DNA of 32,000 nt. It comes from Blochmannia endosymbiont of Camponotus modoc. GTDB lineage: Bacteria; Pseudomonadota; Gammaproteobacteria; Enterobacterales; Enterobacteriaceae. Positions 12,661 to 24,634 of this stretch are shown one piece after another (the first letter of the stretch is position 1; the number at the start of each line of letters is the position of its first letter). Both the position numbers and the translations under genes were made by a program. The notes beneath the pieces are model-generated. The model did no database searches. It was not told the origin of the DNA and saw nothing but the letters and a program-made list of their open reading frames with translations. The stretch spans positions 750,001 through 782,000 of the forward strand of contig NZ_CP097765.1 of assembly GCF_023585785.1 (NCBI RefSeq), read 5' to 3'.

Positions 12661-13006
12661 ATATTTTACATTTTGTATTGCATTATTATCATATTTGCAC
12701 ATATTTCTGTGAATCTATGTTCTAATGAGAAATGAATTACATGTTTATAATTATTTTTATAAGATGTCTTTATGCGATTGAATTATTTTTATTATATTTT
12801 GAAAAATATGTACATGAAAATAATTATATATATCATATATTCGACGTAGTATATTACTCTCAATGAGGCGGTAGTTCTATTAAGCTATATTTTTAATAAT
12901 GGATTTATTTTTTATAAATAATTTATGAACATGGAATTATTAATATTTACAATATATAAATATATGTTAAACATGTTTAATTTTGTTAAAAATTTAAAGG
13001 TTAAAA

Positions 13007-13891
13007 ATGAGTTGGATTGAACGAATTCTTAATAAAAGCACCATTATACCCACCAGAAAAATAAATATTCCAGAGGGAATATGGACTAAGTGTGATAATT
13101 GTGGCCAATTATTATATAAAAAAGAGTTAGAACGTAATTTAGAAGTGTGTCCTAAATGCGATCATCATATGAGAATTGCAGCGAGGGTACGTTTATTTTC
13201 CTTTTTAGATCAAGGAAGTACATCTGAATTAGGAAGTGAATTCGAACCCAAAGATATTTTGAAGTTTAGAGATTCGAAAAGATATAAAGATCGTTTAATT
13301 TCAGCACAAAAAATAACAAAAGAAAAAGATGCATTGATAGTTATGCAGGGTACTTTATATGGTATGAAGATTGTTGCTGCTTCTTTTGAATTCGCTTTTA
13401 TTGGCGGATCGATGTCTTCTGTAGTGGGAGCTCGTTTTGTGCATGCAGTAAATCAAGCCTTAAAAATTAGGTGTCCATTAGTTTGTTTTACTGCAAGTGG
13501 TGGTGCTCGTATGCAAGAAGCTCTTATGTCTTTAATGCAAATGGCGAGGACTAGTGCCGCGTTAGCTAATTTACATGAGCGGTGTTTACCATATATTTCT
13601 GTTTTAACTAATCCTACTATGGGAGGAGTATCCGCTAGCTTAGCCATGCTAGGCGATCTGAATATTGCTGAGCCAAAAGCACTGATAGGATTTGCTGGGC
13701 CTAGGATTATTGAGCAAACAGTTCGAGAAAAATTACCGTTGGGATTTCAACGCAGTGAATTTTTGTTGGAAAAAGGATCGATTGATCTAATTGTACGTAG
13801 ACCAGATTTACGATTTAAAGTAGCAGGATTATTAGCTAAGTTAACTCAACAACCAATACCAAAAGTTGATTATAGGCATTCTGTTGAATAG
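13007..13891 (+). CDS. accD: acetyl-CoA carboxylase carboxyltransferase subunit beta
   Basis: N-terminal C4 zinc ribbon (CDNC...CPKC), [17 protein letters not shown]-type block, [27 protein letters not shown]. Confidence 0.97.
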   Translation: MSWIERILNKSTIIPTRKINIPEGIWTKCDNCGQLLYKKELERNLEVCPKCDHHMRIAARVRLFSFLDQGSTSELGSEFEPKDILKFRDSKRYKDRLISAQKITKEKDALIVMQGTLYGMKIVAASFEFAFIGGSMSSVVGARFVHAVNQALKIRCPLVCFTASGGARMQEALMSLMQMARTSAALANLHERCLPYISVLTNPTMGGVSASLAMLGDLNIAEPKALIGFAGPRIIEQTVREKLPLGFQRSEFLLEKGSIDLIVRRPDLRFKVAGLLAKLTQQPIPKVDYRHSVE

Positions 13892-13956
13892 ATACCTATA
13901 TTTGTATTAATTTATATCCATGCAAAATACTACAATAATTAAAATTTTTGTAAAAT

Positions 13957-15234
13957 ATGAATAAAATTTTTCATACTCCCACCGTGCAATCATCTCTTGG
14001 AAAATGGCTGCATTATATTGAATCTTTAAGTCATATATTAATTGATTTAAATCTCGATAGGGTACGAAAAATAGCTACTGATCTTGACTTAATACATCCC
14101 GCAGAGTATGTTATACTAGTCGGAGGTACAAATGGTAAGGGTACCACATGTTGTTTATTAGAAACTATTTTATTAAATAATAATAATACAGTTGGTTTGT
14201 ATACTTCTCCCCATCTACTTTCTTATAATGAACGGATTCGAGTGTGTGGAAAAGAGCTGCCGGATAGTACGCATATTGAAGCATTATCTGTTATAGAGTC
14301 CGCACGTCATCATATTGCACTAACTTATTTTGAATTTATTACTTTGTCTGCTTTGTATATATTTAAACGGGCTAAATTAGATTTAGTTATTCTTGAAGTT
14401 GGATTAGGTGGTAGATTAGATGCTACAAATATTGTCAACCCTGATATTTCTGTAATTACTAATTTTGCAATAGATCATACTGATTTTTTAGGTATAAACC
14501 GTGATATGATTGCACAGGAAAAATCAGGTATTTTTCGTTTTAAAAAACCAGCAGTAATTGGTGAAAGTTGTTTTCCAGTGATTGCGCGAAAAATGGCGCA
14601 ATATTGCGGAGCAATGTTGTTTGCGCGTGGAAGGGATTGGAATTTTCGTGTTTATGGAAATAAATGGATTTGGTGGGGGGAGCGCTCTAATGATTGTAGA
14701 TTATTACATGATTTACCGTTACCTATAATCCCAATAGAAAATGCCGCTACAGCGTTAAGCGTATTATATTGGTTACCTTTTTTGGTTGATAAAACAGCAA
14801 TAAGCTATGGGTTGCAAGTAGCTACTTTGCCAGGACGTTTTCAAATAGTTACTCGCAGACCGTTTGCAATATTAGATGTAGGGCATAATCCTCATGCTGC
14901 TCATTATTTGACTCAACGATTATCTGTTATTCTTTTAAGAAGGACAGGTAAAGTGAGAATGGTTATAGGAATGTTAAAAAATAAGGATATTAAAGGTACC
15001 ATATGTTGTTTAAATCATTTAGTTGATATCTGGTATTGTTCTGATTTAAATGTCCCGTTTTCTGCGAGTTCTGTAGAACTATCTGATTGTTTGTTGAATT
15101 GTAATGTTCAGAGATTTAGTAATATATTAGATGCTTGGAATCAGGCTGTATTAGATGCATCATTTGATGATTGCATTTTAGTATTTGGATCCTTTCATGC
15201 TGTCAGTCCAATTATGAGAAATATAATGAAATAG
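13957..15234 (+). CDS. folC: bifunctional folylpolyglutamate/dihydrofolate synthase
   Basis: VGGTNGKGTTC P-loop, TSPHLLSYNERI, LEVGLGGRLDATN; follows accD as in E. coli. Confidence 0.95.
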   Translation: MNKIFHTPTVQSSLGKWLHYIESLSHILIDLNLDRVRKIATDLDLIHPAEYVILVGGTNGKGTTCCLLETILLNNNNTVGLYTSPHLLSYNERIRVCGKELPDSTHIEALSVIESARHHIALTYFEFITLSALYIFKRAKLDLVILEVGLGGRLDATNIVNPDISVITNFAIDHTDFLGINRDMIAQEKSGIFRFKKPAVIGESCFPVIARKMAQYCGAMLFARGRDWNFRVYGNKWIWWGERSNDCRLLHDLPLPIIPIENAATALSVLYWLPFLVDKTAISYGLQVATLPGRFQIVTRRPFAILDVGHNPHAAHYLTQRLSVILLRRTGKVRMVIGMLKNKDIKGTICCLNHLVDIWYCSDLNVPFSASSVELSDCLLNCNVQRFSNILDAWNQAVLDASFDDCILVFGSFHAVSPIMRNIMK

Positions 15235-15494
15235 TTATAAATTTATATTTTGGTGTATATGCTGATCAGTGTTAGGAAATTATGGTCTTTGATGTTCTTG
15301 TTATTAAATAGTTTTACATTAATTATTTAATATTAATATAAGTAGAAAATAGAAAATCAAAAACTAATGATCTTAGGTCGTTAGATATTTTAGTTGTATA
15401 TAAATTGTATGTGTCAGAAAATTGATCGTAAATTAATTAAATAAATTTAGAGAAATTATTTTTCTATTATTTTGTGATTATTTATTTGGAAATT

Positions 15495-15513
15495 GCATTC
15501 TTTAAGAGAATGC
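15495..15513. repeat. small hairpin GCATTCT-TTAAG-AGAATGC
   Basis: Perfect 7-bp stem, 5-nt loop, in the folC-nuoA spacer. Confidence 0.4.
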
Positions 15514-15580
15514 TATCAGTAATATATTGAATTTTAAATTTTAGTTAATTTAATTTATATTTTATACTTATGATCGCTGT

Positions 15581-15617
15581 AATATATATTATATATGTTC
15601 TATATATAATATATATT
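15581..15617. repeat. perfect 16-bp AT-only inverted repeat, 5-nt loop
   Basis: AATATATATTATATAT (15581-15596) GTTCT ATATATAATATATATT (15602-15617). Confidence 0.7.
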
Positions 15618-15881
15618 TTGTGCAAGGATACACCAGTTACTATATAGTATACAGAATCATATCGCCCATTGTGTTGTATAATGCTGTATGTATGGGGTTT
15701 TGTATCATTTTTTTAATTTTAACTTGTACCAAATAAAAATGGATATAGTAAATAGTTTTATAGATTCATGAAATCAATTATTAAGTATGTCATTATGAGT
15801 GTATTTTTAATGAAACGGGATAGTAAAAATTTAAATGTTTATGTTTTATAGTAGTGAAACTTATAATTTGATGTAAATGTA

Positions 15882-16343
15882 GTGTTCAATAACAAAAAAA
15901 AGCAGGTATATAATTTGTGTGATACTTATCATTGGGGTTTAATAGCATTTATAGTTGGAATCTTATTTTTATGTGTTTTTATGTTGTCTTGTGGATATTT
16001 TCTGGGAGGATGTTCAAGTTCACGTTCTAAAAATGTGCCATTTGAGTCGGGAATTAAATCTATAGGGAATGCTAGAATACAATTCTCTGTTAAATTTTAC
16101 TTAATTGCGATGTTTTTTGTAATTTTTGATGTAGAAGGAATATATGTATATGCTTGGGCTGTATCTGTGCGAGATGTGGGTTGGATAGGGTTTAGTGAGA
16201 TTTTTATTTTTATTTTTGTTTTATTAGTAAGTTTAGTATATTTGATACGAATTGGTATGTTTGATTGGATAGAACAATCATCACGATATGTCCATTGTGT
16301 AGATGATTTTGATATTGATACTTCGAGATATTTAAAAAAGTAA
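15882..16343 (+). CDS. nuoA: NADH-quinone oxidoreductase subunit A (GTG start uncertain)
   Basis: RSKNVPFESGI, KFYLIAMFFVIFDVEGIYVYAW, VLLVSLVYLIRIG; only a GTG is available after the in-frame TAA at 15864-15866. Confidence 0.93.
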   Translation: MFNNKKKQVYNLCDTYHWGLIAFIVGILFLCVFMLSCGYFLGGCSSSRSKNVPFESGIKSIGNARIQFSVKFYLIAMFFVIFDVEGIYVYAWAVSVRDVGWIGFSEIFIFIFVLLVSLVYLIRIGMFDWIEQSSRYVHCVDDFDIDTSRYLKK

Positions 16344-16358
16344 TAAAAGGTAGCAGAT

Positions 16359-17069
16359 ATGAAATATACTTTAACGACAGCTCGAACAGATAATAGTGAA
16401 GATGAGCAATATCCTCTTCAAGAAAAGAAGATTGTGACAGATCCGTTAGAAAAGAATATTCAACGGAATGTTTTTTTTGGAAAATTAAGTGTTTTTTTAC
16501 ATAAAATTGTTAATTGGGGACGAGGCAATTCTTTATGGCCTTATAATTTTGGATTATCCTGTTGTTATGTTGAAATGACTACCGCGTTCACTGCAGTACA
16601 TGATGTTGCTCGGTTTGGTTCAGAAGTGCTACGCGCCTCTCCTCGTCAAGCGGATTTTATGGTTATAGCGGGTACTCCGTTTCTTAAAATGGTGCCAGTA
16701 ATACAACGATTATATGATCAAATGTTAGAGCCTAAGTGGGTGATTTCTATGGGGGCTTGCGCGAATTCTGGAGGTATGTATGATATTTATTCTGTGGTGC
16801 AAGGAGTAGATAAATTTCTTCCTGTAGACGTCTATATTCCTGGATGCCCACCTAGACCTGAAGCGTATATTCAGGGGTTATTATTATTAAAAAAGTCTAT
16901 TAATGAAGAACGACGTCCACTTTCTTGGGTGTTGGGAGGTAAAGGAATATATAGAAGAAATATGGAGTCAGAGCGTCAACGTAAACATAATGCCCGCATA
17001 GCAGAAACTATTTTCTCTTCTCCAGATGATGAACTTAATGTATATTCAAAACAAAATGGCGAGGCATAA
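16359..17069 (+). CDS. nuoB: NADH-quinone oxidoreductase subunit B
   Basis: [34 protein letters not shown]2-cluster ligand motifs. Confidence 0.97.
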   Translation: MKYTLTTARTDNSEDEQYPLQEKKIVTDPLEKNIQRNVFFGKLSVFLHKIVNWGRGNSLWPYNFGLSCCYVEMTTAFTAVHDVARFGSEVLRASPRQADFMVIAGTPFLKMVPVIQRLYDQMLEPKWVISMGACANSGGMYDIYSVVQGVDKFLPVDVYIPGCPPRPEAYIQGLLLLKKSINEERRPLSWVLGGKGIYRRNMESERQRKHNARIAETIFSSPDDELNVYSKQNGEA

Positions 17070-17108
17070 TCAATATTTTAAGAGTTTTTGTGATATAATT
17101 ATCATTAG

Positions 17109-18899
17109 TTGGTAGATATTATGCGTAATGATTCTACAGGTGCATCTTTAATTAAAAATATTTACCCGATATTAGATGATTTATTTTCTGTATTCAGTTC
17201 TGTAGACTTTGTGCTACAACCTACTCATACTGGAATTTTGATCATTTGGATCAAACGTGAGATGGTAATCCCGGTGTTGACATTTTTAAAAACAACATCA
17301 AAACCGTATATTATGTTATATGATTTGCATGGTATAGATGAAAGGTTGCGTATACATCGCGAAGGATTGCCAAAATCAGATTTTACAGTGTTTTATCATT
17401 TAATTTCCATATTACGTAATGATGATGTAATAATAAAAGTTCCTTTGCTAGAGCAATCTCTATACGTGGAGACAATAGTGTCTGTGTTTAAAAATGCGAA
17501 TTGGTATGAACGGGAAACGTGGGAAATGTTTGGAATTCATTTTGATAAGCATCCTAATTTAACGCGTATAATTATGCCAAAAAACTGGAATGGATATCCG
17601 TTACGCAAAGAATATCCAGCTCGTGCTACAGAATTTAATCCTTTTATTCTTACGAAACAAAAAGAAGATTTAGCAATGGAAGGATTATTATTTAAACCTG
17701 AAGAATGGGGAATGCATAGACATAGTAAACATGAAAATTTTATGTTTCTTAATTTAGGACCTAATCATCCTTCAGTGCATGGAGTATTTCGTATGATTTT
17801 ACAATTAAATGGAGAAGAAATTATAGATTGTGTTCCAGATATTGGTTATCATCATCGAGGTGCTGAAAAAATGGGAGAACGACAAACTTGGCATAGTTAC
17901 ATTCCTTATACTGATCGCATTGAATATTTAGGGGGCTGCGTCAATGAAATGCCCTATATTTTAGCTGTTGAAAAACTTGCTGGAATTGTGGTACCGGATA
18001 GAGTAAAAGTGATCCGCATTATGCTGTCTGAATTATTTAGAATTAATAGTCATTTGTTGTATATTAGCACTTATTTACAAGATGTAGGTGCTATGTCTCC
18101 AGTTTTTTTAGCGTTCACTGACAGACAGAAGATTTATGATGTTATTGAATCAATTACCGGCTCTCGTATGCATCCGGCATGGTTTCGTATTGGGGGGGTT
18201 GCTCATGATTTGCCTAGAGGTTGGGAGTGTTTATTAAGAAAATGTCTTGACTGGATTCCAAATCGTGTTTCTTTTTATGTTAAATCAACATTGGAAAACA
18301 GTATATTTAAAAAACGAGCGTGTGGTATTGGTGCATATAATTCCAAAGACGCATTAGATTGGGGAGTAACTGGAGCAGGATTGCGTGCAACTGGCATTGA
18401 ATTTGATATACGTAAGTCACGTCCTTATTCTGGATATGAAAATTTTGATTTTGATGTACCAATAGGAAATGGAATCAGCGATTCTTACAGTCGAGTAATG
18501 TTAAAAGTAGAAGAAATATATCAAAGTGTACGTATTTTGGAACAATGTTTGCAGAACATGCCAATAGGTCCATTTAAATCAGATCACCCTTTAGCAACTC
18601 CTCCTATGAAAGAATACGCCCTACAACATATAGAGACTCTCATTAATCATTTTCTGCAAGTATCATGGGGTCCTGTTATCCCAGCTAATGAGTCCTTTCA
18701 AATGATTGAAGCCACAAAAGGTATTAATAGTTATTATTTAATTAGTGATGGAAATACCATGAGTTATCGTACTCGTATTCGTACTCCTAGTTTTCCTCAT
18801 TTACAGCAGATTCCACATGTTATTCGTGGTAGTTTAATATCTGATTTAATTGTGTATTTAGGTAGCATTGATTTTGTTATGTCTGATGTAGATCGTTAA
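17109..18899 (+). CDS. nuoC: fused NADH-quinone oxidoreductase subunits C/D
   Basis: 596 aa. NuoC part: [17 protein letters not shown]. NuoD part: [31 protein letters not shown], ending [17 protein letters not shown] as in E. coli NuoCD. Confidence 0.97.
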   Translation: MVDIMRNDSTGASLIKNIYPILDDLFSVFSSVDFVLQPTHTGILIIWIKREMVIPVLTFLKTTSKPYIMLYDLHGIDERLRIHREGLPKSDFTVFYHLISILRNDDVIIKVPLLEQSLYVETIVSVFKNANWYERETWEMFGIHFDKHPNLTRIIMPKNWNGYPLRKEYPARATEFNPFILTKQKEDLAMEGLLFKPEEWGMHRHSKHENFMFLNLGPNHPSVHGVFRMILQLNGEEIIDCVPDIGYHHRGAEKMGERQTWHSYIPYTDRIEYLGGCVNEMPYILAVEKLAGIVVPDRVKVIRIMLSELFRINSHLLYISTYLQDVGAMSPVFLAFTDRQKIYDVIESITGSRMHPAWFRIGGVAHDLPRGWECLLRKCLDWIPNRVSFYVKSTLENSIFKKRACGIGAYNSKDALDWGVTGAGLRATGIEFDIRKSRPYSGYENFDFDVPIGNGISDSYSRVMLKVEEIYQSVRILEQCLQNMPIGPFKSDHPLATPPMKEYALQHIETLINHFLQVSWGPVIPANESFQMIEATKGINSYYLISDGNTMSYRTRIRTPSFPHLQQIPHVIRGSLISDLIVYLGSIDFVMSDVDR

Positions 18900-18912
18900 T
18901 AAATGGAGAAAT

Positions 18913-19434
18913 ATGAGTAATATTAAAATTAATGATACGTCTACTGGTTTAACTAGTAATGGTTTTTTTCAATTAAGTCAAGAAGAATATAATGCTATTC
19001 AAGAGGAATGTACACATTATGAAGATATGCGCTCCGTTTCTATTGAAGCGTTAAAAATTATTCAAAAAAATCATGGGTGGGTACCAGATGAAGCAATTAT
19101 ATTGGTTGCTAAAATATTATGTATTTCTGCTGCTGATTTAGAAGGTGTCGCGACATTTTATAATCAAATTTTTCGTCAACCGGTAGGTCGTCATATCATT
19201 AGGTATTGTGATAGCGCGGTGTGTTACTTGGTTGGGTGTGAAAAAATTAAAAACACTTTAACATATCTGTTGAATATTACAGTGGGTAGTACAACTTCAG
19301 ATAATCGCTTTACCTTATTGCCTACTTGTTGTTTAGGTATTTGCGATAAAGCTCCAGTCATTATGATAGACAAAGATATTTATCCTTGTATAGTTCCGGA
19401 AACAATTACAAAATTGTTAGGACAGTATTTATGA
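18913..19434 (+). CDS. nuoE: NADH-quinone oxidoreductase subunit E
   Basis: [33 protein letters not shown] (2Fe-2S). Confidence 0.95.
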   Translation: MSNIKINDTSTGLTSNGFFQLSQEEYNAIQEECTHYEDMRSVSIEALKIIQKNHGWVPDEAIILVAKILCISAADLEGVATFYNQIFRQPVGRHIIRYCDSAVCYLVGCEKIKNTLTYLLNITVGSTTSDNRFTLLPTCCLGICDKAPVIMIDKDIYPCIVPETITKLLGQYL

Positions 19435-20762
19435 GCAATACTTATGATATTAGCGCAGAAAATAATCCACTTACATGGAGAATGCGTGACGATAAACAAC
19501 CAGTATGGTTGCATGAATATAAATCTAAAAATGGGTATCGAGCCGCGTATAAAGCAATTACTCGAATGTCTCCAGAAGAGATTATTGGATTAGTTAGAAA
19601 TTCAGGTTTAAGAGGTCGTGGCGGCGGGGGTTTTTTTACCGGAATAAAATGGTCCATGATGTCTCAAAGTAAGTCAGGCTGCTCTCGTTATTTAGTGTGT
19701 AATGCAGATGAAATGGAACCAGGAACTTATAAAGATCGATTTTTAATGGAACGATTGCCTCATTTATTATTAGAAGGTATATTAATTTCAAGTTATGCTT
19801 TAGGGGTATCACGAGCGTATATTTTTTTGAGATATGAATACATAATTGTGGCGAAATATTTAACTCGCGCTATAGCCGAGATTAAATCAATTGGATTGAT
19901 TGGTAAAAACATATTGAATAGTGAGTTTAATTTTGAGTTATTCTTACATACAGGAGCTGGAAGATATATTTGTGGAGAAGAAACAGCGTTGATTAACGCT
20001 TTAGAAGGTCGTCGAGCAGTACCGCGTTCTAAACCACCGTTTCCAAGTCATGTAGGATTGTGGGGAAAACCTACATGTGTCAATAATGTTGAGACGTTAT
20101 GTAACATTCCAGGAATTATTGAACATGGGACCATTTGGTATCAAAATATTTCTTCTAAAAAAAGCAATGATTCAGGTACAAAACTAATGGGATTTTCTGG
20201 TCGAGTAAAAAACCCAGGGGTTTGGGAGTTACCTTTTGGTACAACTGCTAGAGAAATTTTAGAAGATTATTCTCAAGGAATGTGTCCTGGTTTTAGCTTA
20301 AAAGCATGGCAACCTGGGGGTGTGAGTACAGATTTTTTAACTAAAGATCATTTAGATACACCTATGGATTTTGATAATATTGCTATTTCTGGCAGTAGAT
20401 TTGGAACTGGTATGGCAATAGCAATAGATAATACCATAAATATGGTGTCTTTAGTGCGTAATTTAGAAGAGTTTTTTTCACGAGAATCTTGTGGTTGGTG
20501 TACTCCTTGTAGAGATGGTTTACCGTGGATAGTAAAGTTATTGATTTCTTTGGAAAATAAAGATGGTAGGCCTGGAGACATAGAATTGTTAGAGAAATTG
20601 TGTTGTGTACTTGGACCTGGAAGGACTTTTTGTGCTCACGCCCCAGGAGCTATAGAACCTTTGAAAAGTGCTTTAAAATATTTCAAAAATGAATTTGAAT
20701 TGGGTATTTATAAAGTTTATAAAAAGGAATTGAATCGTATTGCTTGTGTGCAAATTAATTAA
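19431..20762 (+). CDS. nuoF: NADH-quinone oxidoreductase subunit F
   Basis: ATG 19431 overlaps the nuoE stop (ATGA), so the track start at 19386 is probably too early. [55 protein letters not shown]. Confidence 0.96.
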   Translation: MSNTYDISAENNPLTWRMRDDKQPVWLHEYKSKNGYRAAYKAITRMSPEEIIGLVRNSGLRGRGGGGFFTGIKWSMMSQSKSGCSRYLVCNADEMEPGTYKDRFLMERLPHLLLEGILISSYALGVSRAYIFLRYEYIIVAKYLTRAIAEIKSIGLIGKNILNSEFNFELFLHTGAGRYICGEETALINALEGRRAVPRSKPPFPSHVGLWGKPTCVNNVETLCNIPGIIEHGTIWYQNISSKKSNDSGTKLMGFSGRVKNPGVWELPFGTTAREILEDYSQGMCPGFSLKAWQPGGVSTDFLTKDHLDTPMDFDNIAISGSRFGTGMAIAIDNTINMVSLVRNLEEFFSRESCGWCTPCRDGLPWIVKLLISLENKDGRPGDIELLEKLCCVLGPGRTFCAHAPGAIEPLKSALKYFKNEFELGIYKVYKKELNRIACVQIN

Positions 20763-20879
20763 AGAATTTTTTATCAAACATAAATATAATAATCATTTAT
20801 ATGTTCAATATAAAGAATGTACATTGATGATTTTTAAACTTTTTCAGGCACCAACAAAATATAAAATTGGTATATTAAA

Positions 20880-23639
20880 ATGATGATTTCTATTTATATA
20901 GAAGGGAAAAAGTATACGGTGGAAGATTCAAAAAATATACTGGAAACATGTTTGTCTCTTGGATTCGACATTCCTTATTTTTGTTGGCATCCTGCTTTAG
21001 GCAGTGTTGGAGCTTGCAGGCAATGCGCAGTGAAACAACAACATTTTGGTAACACAATAAAAGATACAAAAAGTCATTTGGTGATGTCTTGTATGACACC
21101 AGTATCAAATGGTAGTTCTATTATTATTTTTGATGATGAGGTAGAAGAATTTAGAAAGAATATATTGGAGTTGTTAATGATTAATCATCCTCATGATTGT
21201 CCGATATGCGAGGAAGGAGGTAATTGCCATCTTCAAGATATGACAGCAATGGTTGGACAAACATATCGTCGTTATAGGTTTAATAAGCGTACACATTATA
21301 ATCAATATTTGGGACCGTTTATTGGGCATGAAATGAATAGGTGTATTACTTGTTATCGCTGCATACGATATTATAATGATTACGCCGGAGGTGATGATTT
21401 AGGGGTATTTGGGGTGCATGATAACATTTATTTTGGACGAGTACAAGATGGTATGTTACGAAGTGAGTTTTCTGGAAATTTAATAGAGATATGCCCTACT
21501 GGAGTGTTTACTGATAAAACACAGCCACAAAATTATACCCGTAAATGGGATATGATTTTTGCGCCGAGTATTTGTCAACAATGTAGCGTTGGGTGTAATA
21601 TTATTATAGGTGAGCGTTACGGAAAGTTGTGTCGTGTTGAAAATCGCTATAATGGCAATATTAATGGTTATTTTTTGTGTGATCGTGGCCGATTTGGATG
21701 CGATTACGTTAATATTGATAATAGACCTAAAATTCCATCGAATAAGCAAGGCGATAATTGGGTTGTGTTGAATGAAAGACAAGCGATACAAGAGGCTGCT
21801 AATGGATTAAAATATAATTGTAATAGGATAATTGGTATTGGATCTTCTCGTGCCAGTATGGAAAGCAATTTTTCTTTATTAAAATTGGTAGGACCAGATA
21901 ATTTTTATAATGGGATTAATAATCTTGAACAAGAGCGATTATTATTAATAGTTGAAATACTGTGTAATAGTGGTATTCAAGTCCCGTCATTACATGAAGT
22001 GGAAAGTTATGATACAGTGTTAATATTAGGAGAGGATTTAACTCAAACTGGAGCACGAGTAGCACTGTCGATACGTCAGGTAGTTAAAGGAAAAGCTCGT
22101 AAAGACGCAGGGGATCAAGGAATTTTTGATTGGCAATCTGCGGCTATTATAAATAGCGCTCAAGGTATTAAAAATAATATATTGATAACTGGGGTTGACA
22201 AGACTAAATTAGACGATGTTGCTATATTAACATATTATGATTCAGTACAAAATCAAGCACGGTTTGGTTTTGCTGTTGCTCACGCTTTAGATCATACTGC
22301 TCCCGAGGTTAAAGATTTTGATTCTAAACTGAATGAGAAATTAGATATAGTTGTACAAAAATTAATGGAAGCGCGCAAGCCATTAATTATTTCAGGAAGT
22401 AATGCAGGTAGTAAAGAATTAATTGCTTCAGCAGCAAATATTGCTCGTGCTTTAAAAAATCGTGGGAGTGAAGTTGGAATTACTTTTATCGTAGGAGAAG
22501 TAAATAGCATAGGTTTAGTAATGTTAGGTAAAAAAAGTCTCGATGTTGCTCTTGTAGATATTTGTAGCACTAACACTTCATCCGTTGGTTTAATTGTCTT
22601 AGAAAGTGATTTGTATCGTCATGCACAGGCAAATCAAGTTGATGTTGCTTTAAATAAGGTTAATTATTTAATTGTATTAGATCATCAATATACTCTGATT
22701 CAAAAGAAGGCAAATTTAGTTTTACCAGTTTCTAGTTTTGTTGAAAGCGATGGGACTGTGATTAATTACGAAGGGCGTGCACAAAGGTTTTTTCGCGTAT
22801 ATAAGCCACAAAGTTATGAAAAAAATACAGTTATTTTAGAAAGTTGGAGATGGTTATATTTAATACATGATTGCTATATAAATTATATTAGAAAGAAAAA
22901 TTTGAATATTGATCAGATTATAGATGCTATTATTCATTATTTTCCAAAATTAATTGGTATTAAACAGGCATCTCCGGACGCATCTTTTCGTATATATGGG
23001 CGAAAACTAGCTCGTGCACCGCATCGTTATAGTGGACGTACAGCGATGTATGCTAATGTTGATGTACACGAACCCTATATATCACAAGATGATGATACGA
23101 TGTTTTCTTTTTCTATGGAAGGTAATCATGATGTTCAATCTTTTCATAAACAAGTGGCGTTTGCATGGGCTCCGGGATGGAATTCTCCACAAGCATGGAA
23201 TAAATTTCAAGATAAAGTAGGTGGGAATTTGCATTTTGGTAATCCGGGAATACGTGTATTACACACTGACAATGGTTCAACATTGAATTGGTTTAATATG
23301 ATTCCTCAATCCTTTAAAATTATGAAAAATGTTGATCGGTGGTTGATAGTACCTTATTGGCATTTATTTGGTAGTGAAGAAACTTCTCAGCGATCCAAGT
23401 GTATTCAAGATTGTATGCCAAATCCTTATGTAATGCTCAATCAATTAGATGCGTTGCAATTAAAAATACAAAAAAATATGTTGCTTAAATTTACATGTGT
23501 TGATCAAATTTTATGTTTACCGATTAAATTTAGTACTAATTTACCTATAGGCCATATTGGATTACCTTTAGGTTTTCCAGGTATTCCTTTATTTTTATCT
23601 GGTATGTATGCACAAGATGTTCAAGGGGTATTATTGTGA
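20880..23639 (+). CDS. nuoG: NADH-quinone oxidoreductase subunit G
   Basis: N-terminal 2Fe-2S Cys set, [14 protein letters not shown] (N5), CITCYRC (N4), CQQCSVGC-x27-C (N7); 919 aa. Confidence 0.96.
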   Translation: MMISIYIEGKKYTVEDSKNILETCLSLGFDIPYFCWHPALGSVGACRQCAVKQQHFGNTIKDTKSHLVMSCMTPVSNGSSIIIFDDEVEEFRKNILELLMINHPHDCPICEEGGNCHLQDMTAMVGQTYRRYRFNKRTHYNQYLGPFIGHEMNRCITCYRCIRYYNDYAGGDDLGVFGVHDNIYFGRVQDGMLRSEFSGNLIEICPTGVFTDKTQPQNYTRKWDMIFAPSICQQCSVGCNIIIGERYGKLCRVENRYNGNINGYFLCDRGRFGCDYVNIDNRPKIPSNKQGDNWVVLNERQAIQEAANGLKYNCNRIIGIGSSRASMESNFSLLKLVGPDNFYNGINNLEQERLLLIVEILCNSGIQVPSLHEVESYDTVLILGEDLTQTGARVALSIRQVVKGKARKDAGDQGIFDWQSAAIINSAQGIKNNILITGVDKTKLDDVAILTYYDSVQNQARFGFAVAHALDHTAPEVKDFDSKLNEKLDIVVQKLMEARKPLIISGSNAGSKELIASAANIARALKNRGSEVGITFIVGEVNSIGLVMLGKKSLDVALVDICSTNTSSVGLIVLESDLYRHAQANQVDVALNKVNYLIVLDHQYTLIQKKANLVLPVSSFVESDGTVINYEGRAQRFFRVYKPQSYEKNTVILESWRWLYLIHDCYINYIRKKNLNIDQIIDAIIHYFPKLIGIKQASPDASFRIYGRKLARAPHRYSGRTAMYANVDVHEPYISQDDDTMFSFSMEGNHDVQSFHKQVAFAWAPGWNSPQAWNKFQDKVGGNLHFGNPGIRVLHTDNGSTLNWFNMIPQSFKIMKNVDRWLIVPYWHLFGSEETSQRSKCIQDCMPNPYVMLNQLDALQLKIQKNMLLKFTCVDQILCLPIKFSTNLPIGHIGLPLGFPGIPLFLSGMYAQDVQGVLL

Positions 23640-24610
23640 TGTTTGGTTCGTCAGAAATTGTTACGAAACATTGTTTTTCCTCCATTTTTCATGCGGTAAT
23701 TATTTTGTTAGTGGTATTTGCTTGTGGTGCATACATGAGTTTTTTAGAACGCAGGTTATTGGCGTTGTTTCAAAATCGTTATGGTCCTAATAGAGTAGGT
23801 TGGCATGGTTCATTACAATTATGCGCTGATTTAATTAAGGTTATGTTCAAGGAGGATTGGATCCCTCCATTTTCTGATCGTATCGTATTTGTTTTAGCCC
23901 CAGTGATAGCTTTTATTTCATCATTAATGAGTGTATTGATTATTCCTTTTACGCCTACGTGGATAATATGGGATTGCAATATTGGTGTATTATTCTTTCT
24001 TATGATGTCAGGGTTAATGGTTTATTCAGTGTTGCTTGCGGGTTGGGCAAGCAACAATAAATATGCTTTAATTGGAGCTGTGCGTGCTGCGGCTCAAACT
24101 CTTAGTTATGAGGTATTTTTAGGTTTATCTATAATGGGTGTAGTTGCCAAAGCTGGATCGTTTAATTTAAAAAATATAGTTGAAGATCAATTATATCTGT
24201 GGAATGTAATTCCTCAATTTTTAGGATTTATTACTTTTTTTTTAGCGGGTATGGCTTTATGTCATAGACATCCATTTGATCAACCAGAATCAGAACAAGA
24301 GTTGGCAGATGGTTATCATATTGAATATTCCGGTATTAAATTTAGTTTATTTTTTATTTCTGGATATATCAATATGATTGTCATTGCGTCATTCATTGTA
24401 ACACTGTTTTTTGGAGGGTGGAAAGGACCTTGGTTTCCTCCTGTAGTTTGGTTTATTACTAAAACTTTTTTATTGTTGATTCTGTTTATATTGATACGTG
24501 CGGCGTTACCACGTCCACGTTATGATCAAGTTATGTTGATAGGTTGGAAAATTTGTTTACCAATGACGTTGTTTAATTTATTAAGTACTGCTGTTGTTAT
24601 TTTATTATAA
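23639..24610 (+). CDS. nuoH: NADH-quinone oxidoreductase subunit H
   Basis: [53 protein letters not shown] 23639 overlaps the nuoG stop; GTG 23636 is the alternative start. Confidence 0.95.
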   Translation: MFGSSEIVTKHCFSSIFHAVIILLVVFACGAYMSFLERRLLALFQNRYGPNRVGWHGSLQLCADLIKVMFKEDWIPPFSDRIVFVLAPVIAFISSLMSVLIIPFTPTWIIWDCNIGVLFFLMMSGLMVYSVLLAGWASNNKYALIGAVRAAAQTLSYEVFLGLSIMGVVAKAGSFNLKNIVEDQLYLWNVIPQFLGFITFFLAGMALCHRHPFDQPESEQELADGYHIEYSGIKFSLFFISGYINMIVIASFIVTLFFGGWKGPWFPPVVWFITKTFLLLILFILIRAALPRPRYDQVMLIGWKICLPMTLFNLLSTAVVILL

Positions 24611-24634
24611 TTATTAATATAGGTTACATATATT

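Noticed and set aside
17109-18899. Fused nuoC-nuoD as a possible novelty
   Set aside because: The same fusion is normal in E. coli and relatives.
19386-19430. N-terminal extension of NuoF in the ORF track ([15 protein letters not shown])
   Set aside because: Encoded inside nuoE; ATG 19431 overlapping the nuoE TGA is the better start.
21480-21791. 103-aa minus-strand ORF inside nuoG
   Set aside because: Antisense shadow of a conserved Fe-S/molybdopterin-domain coding region.
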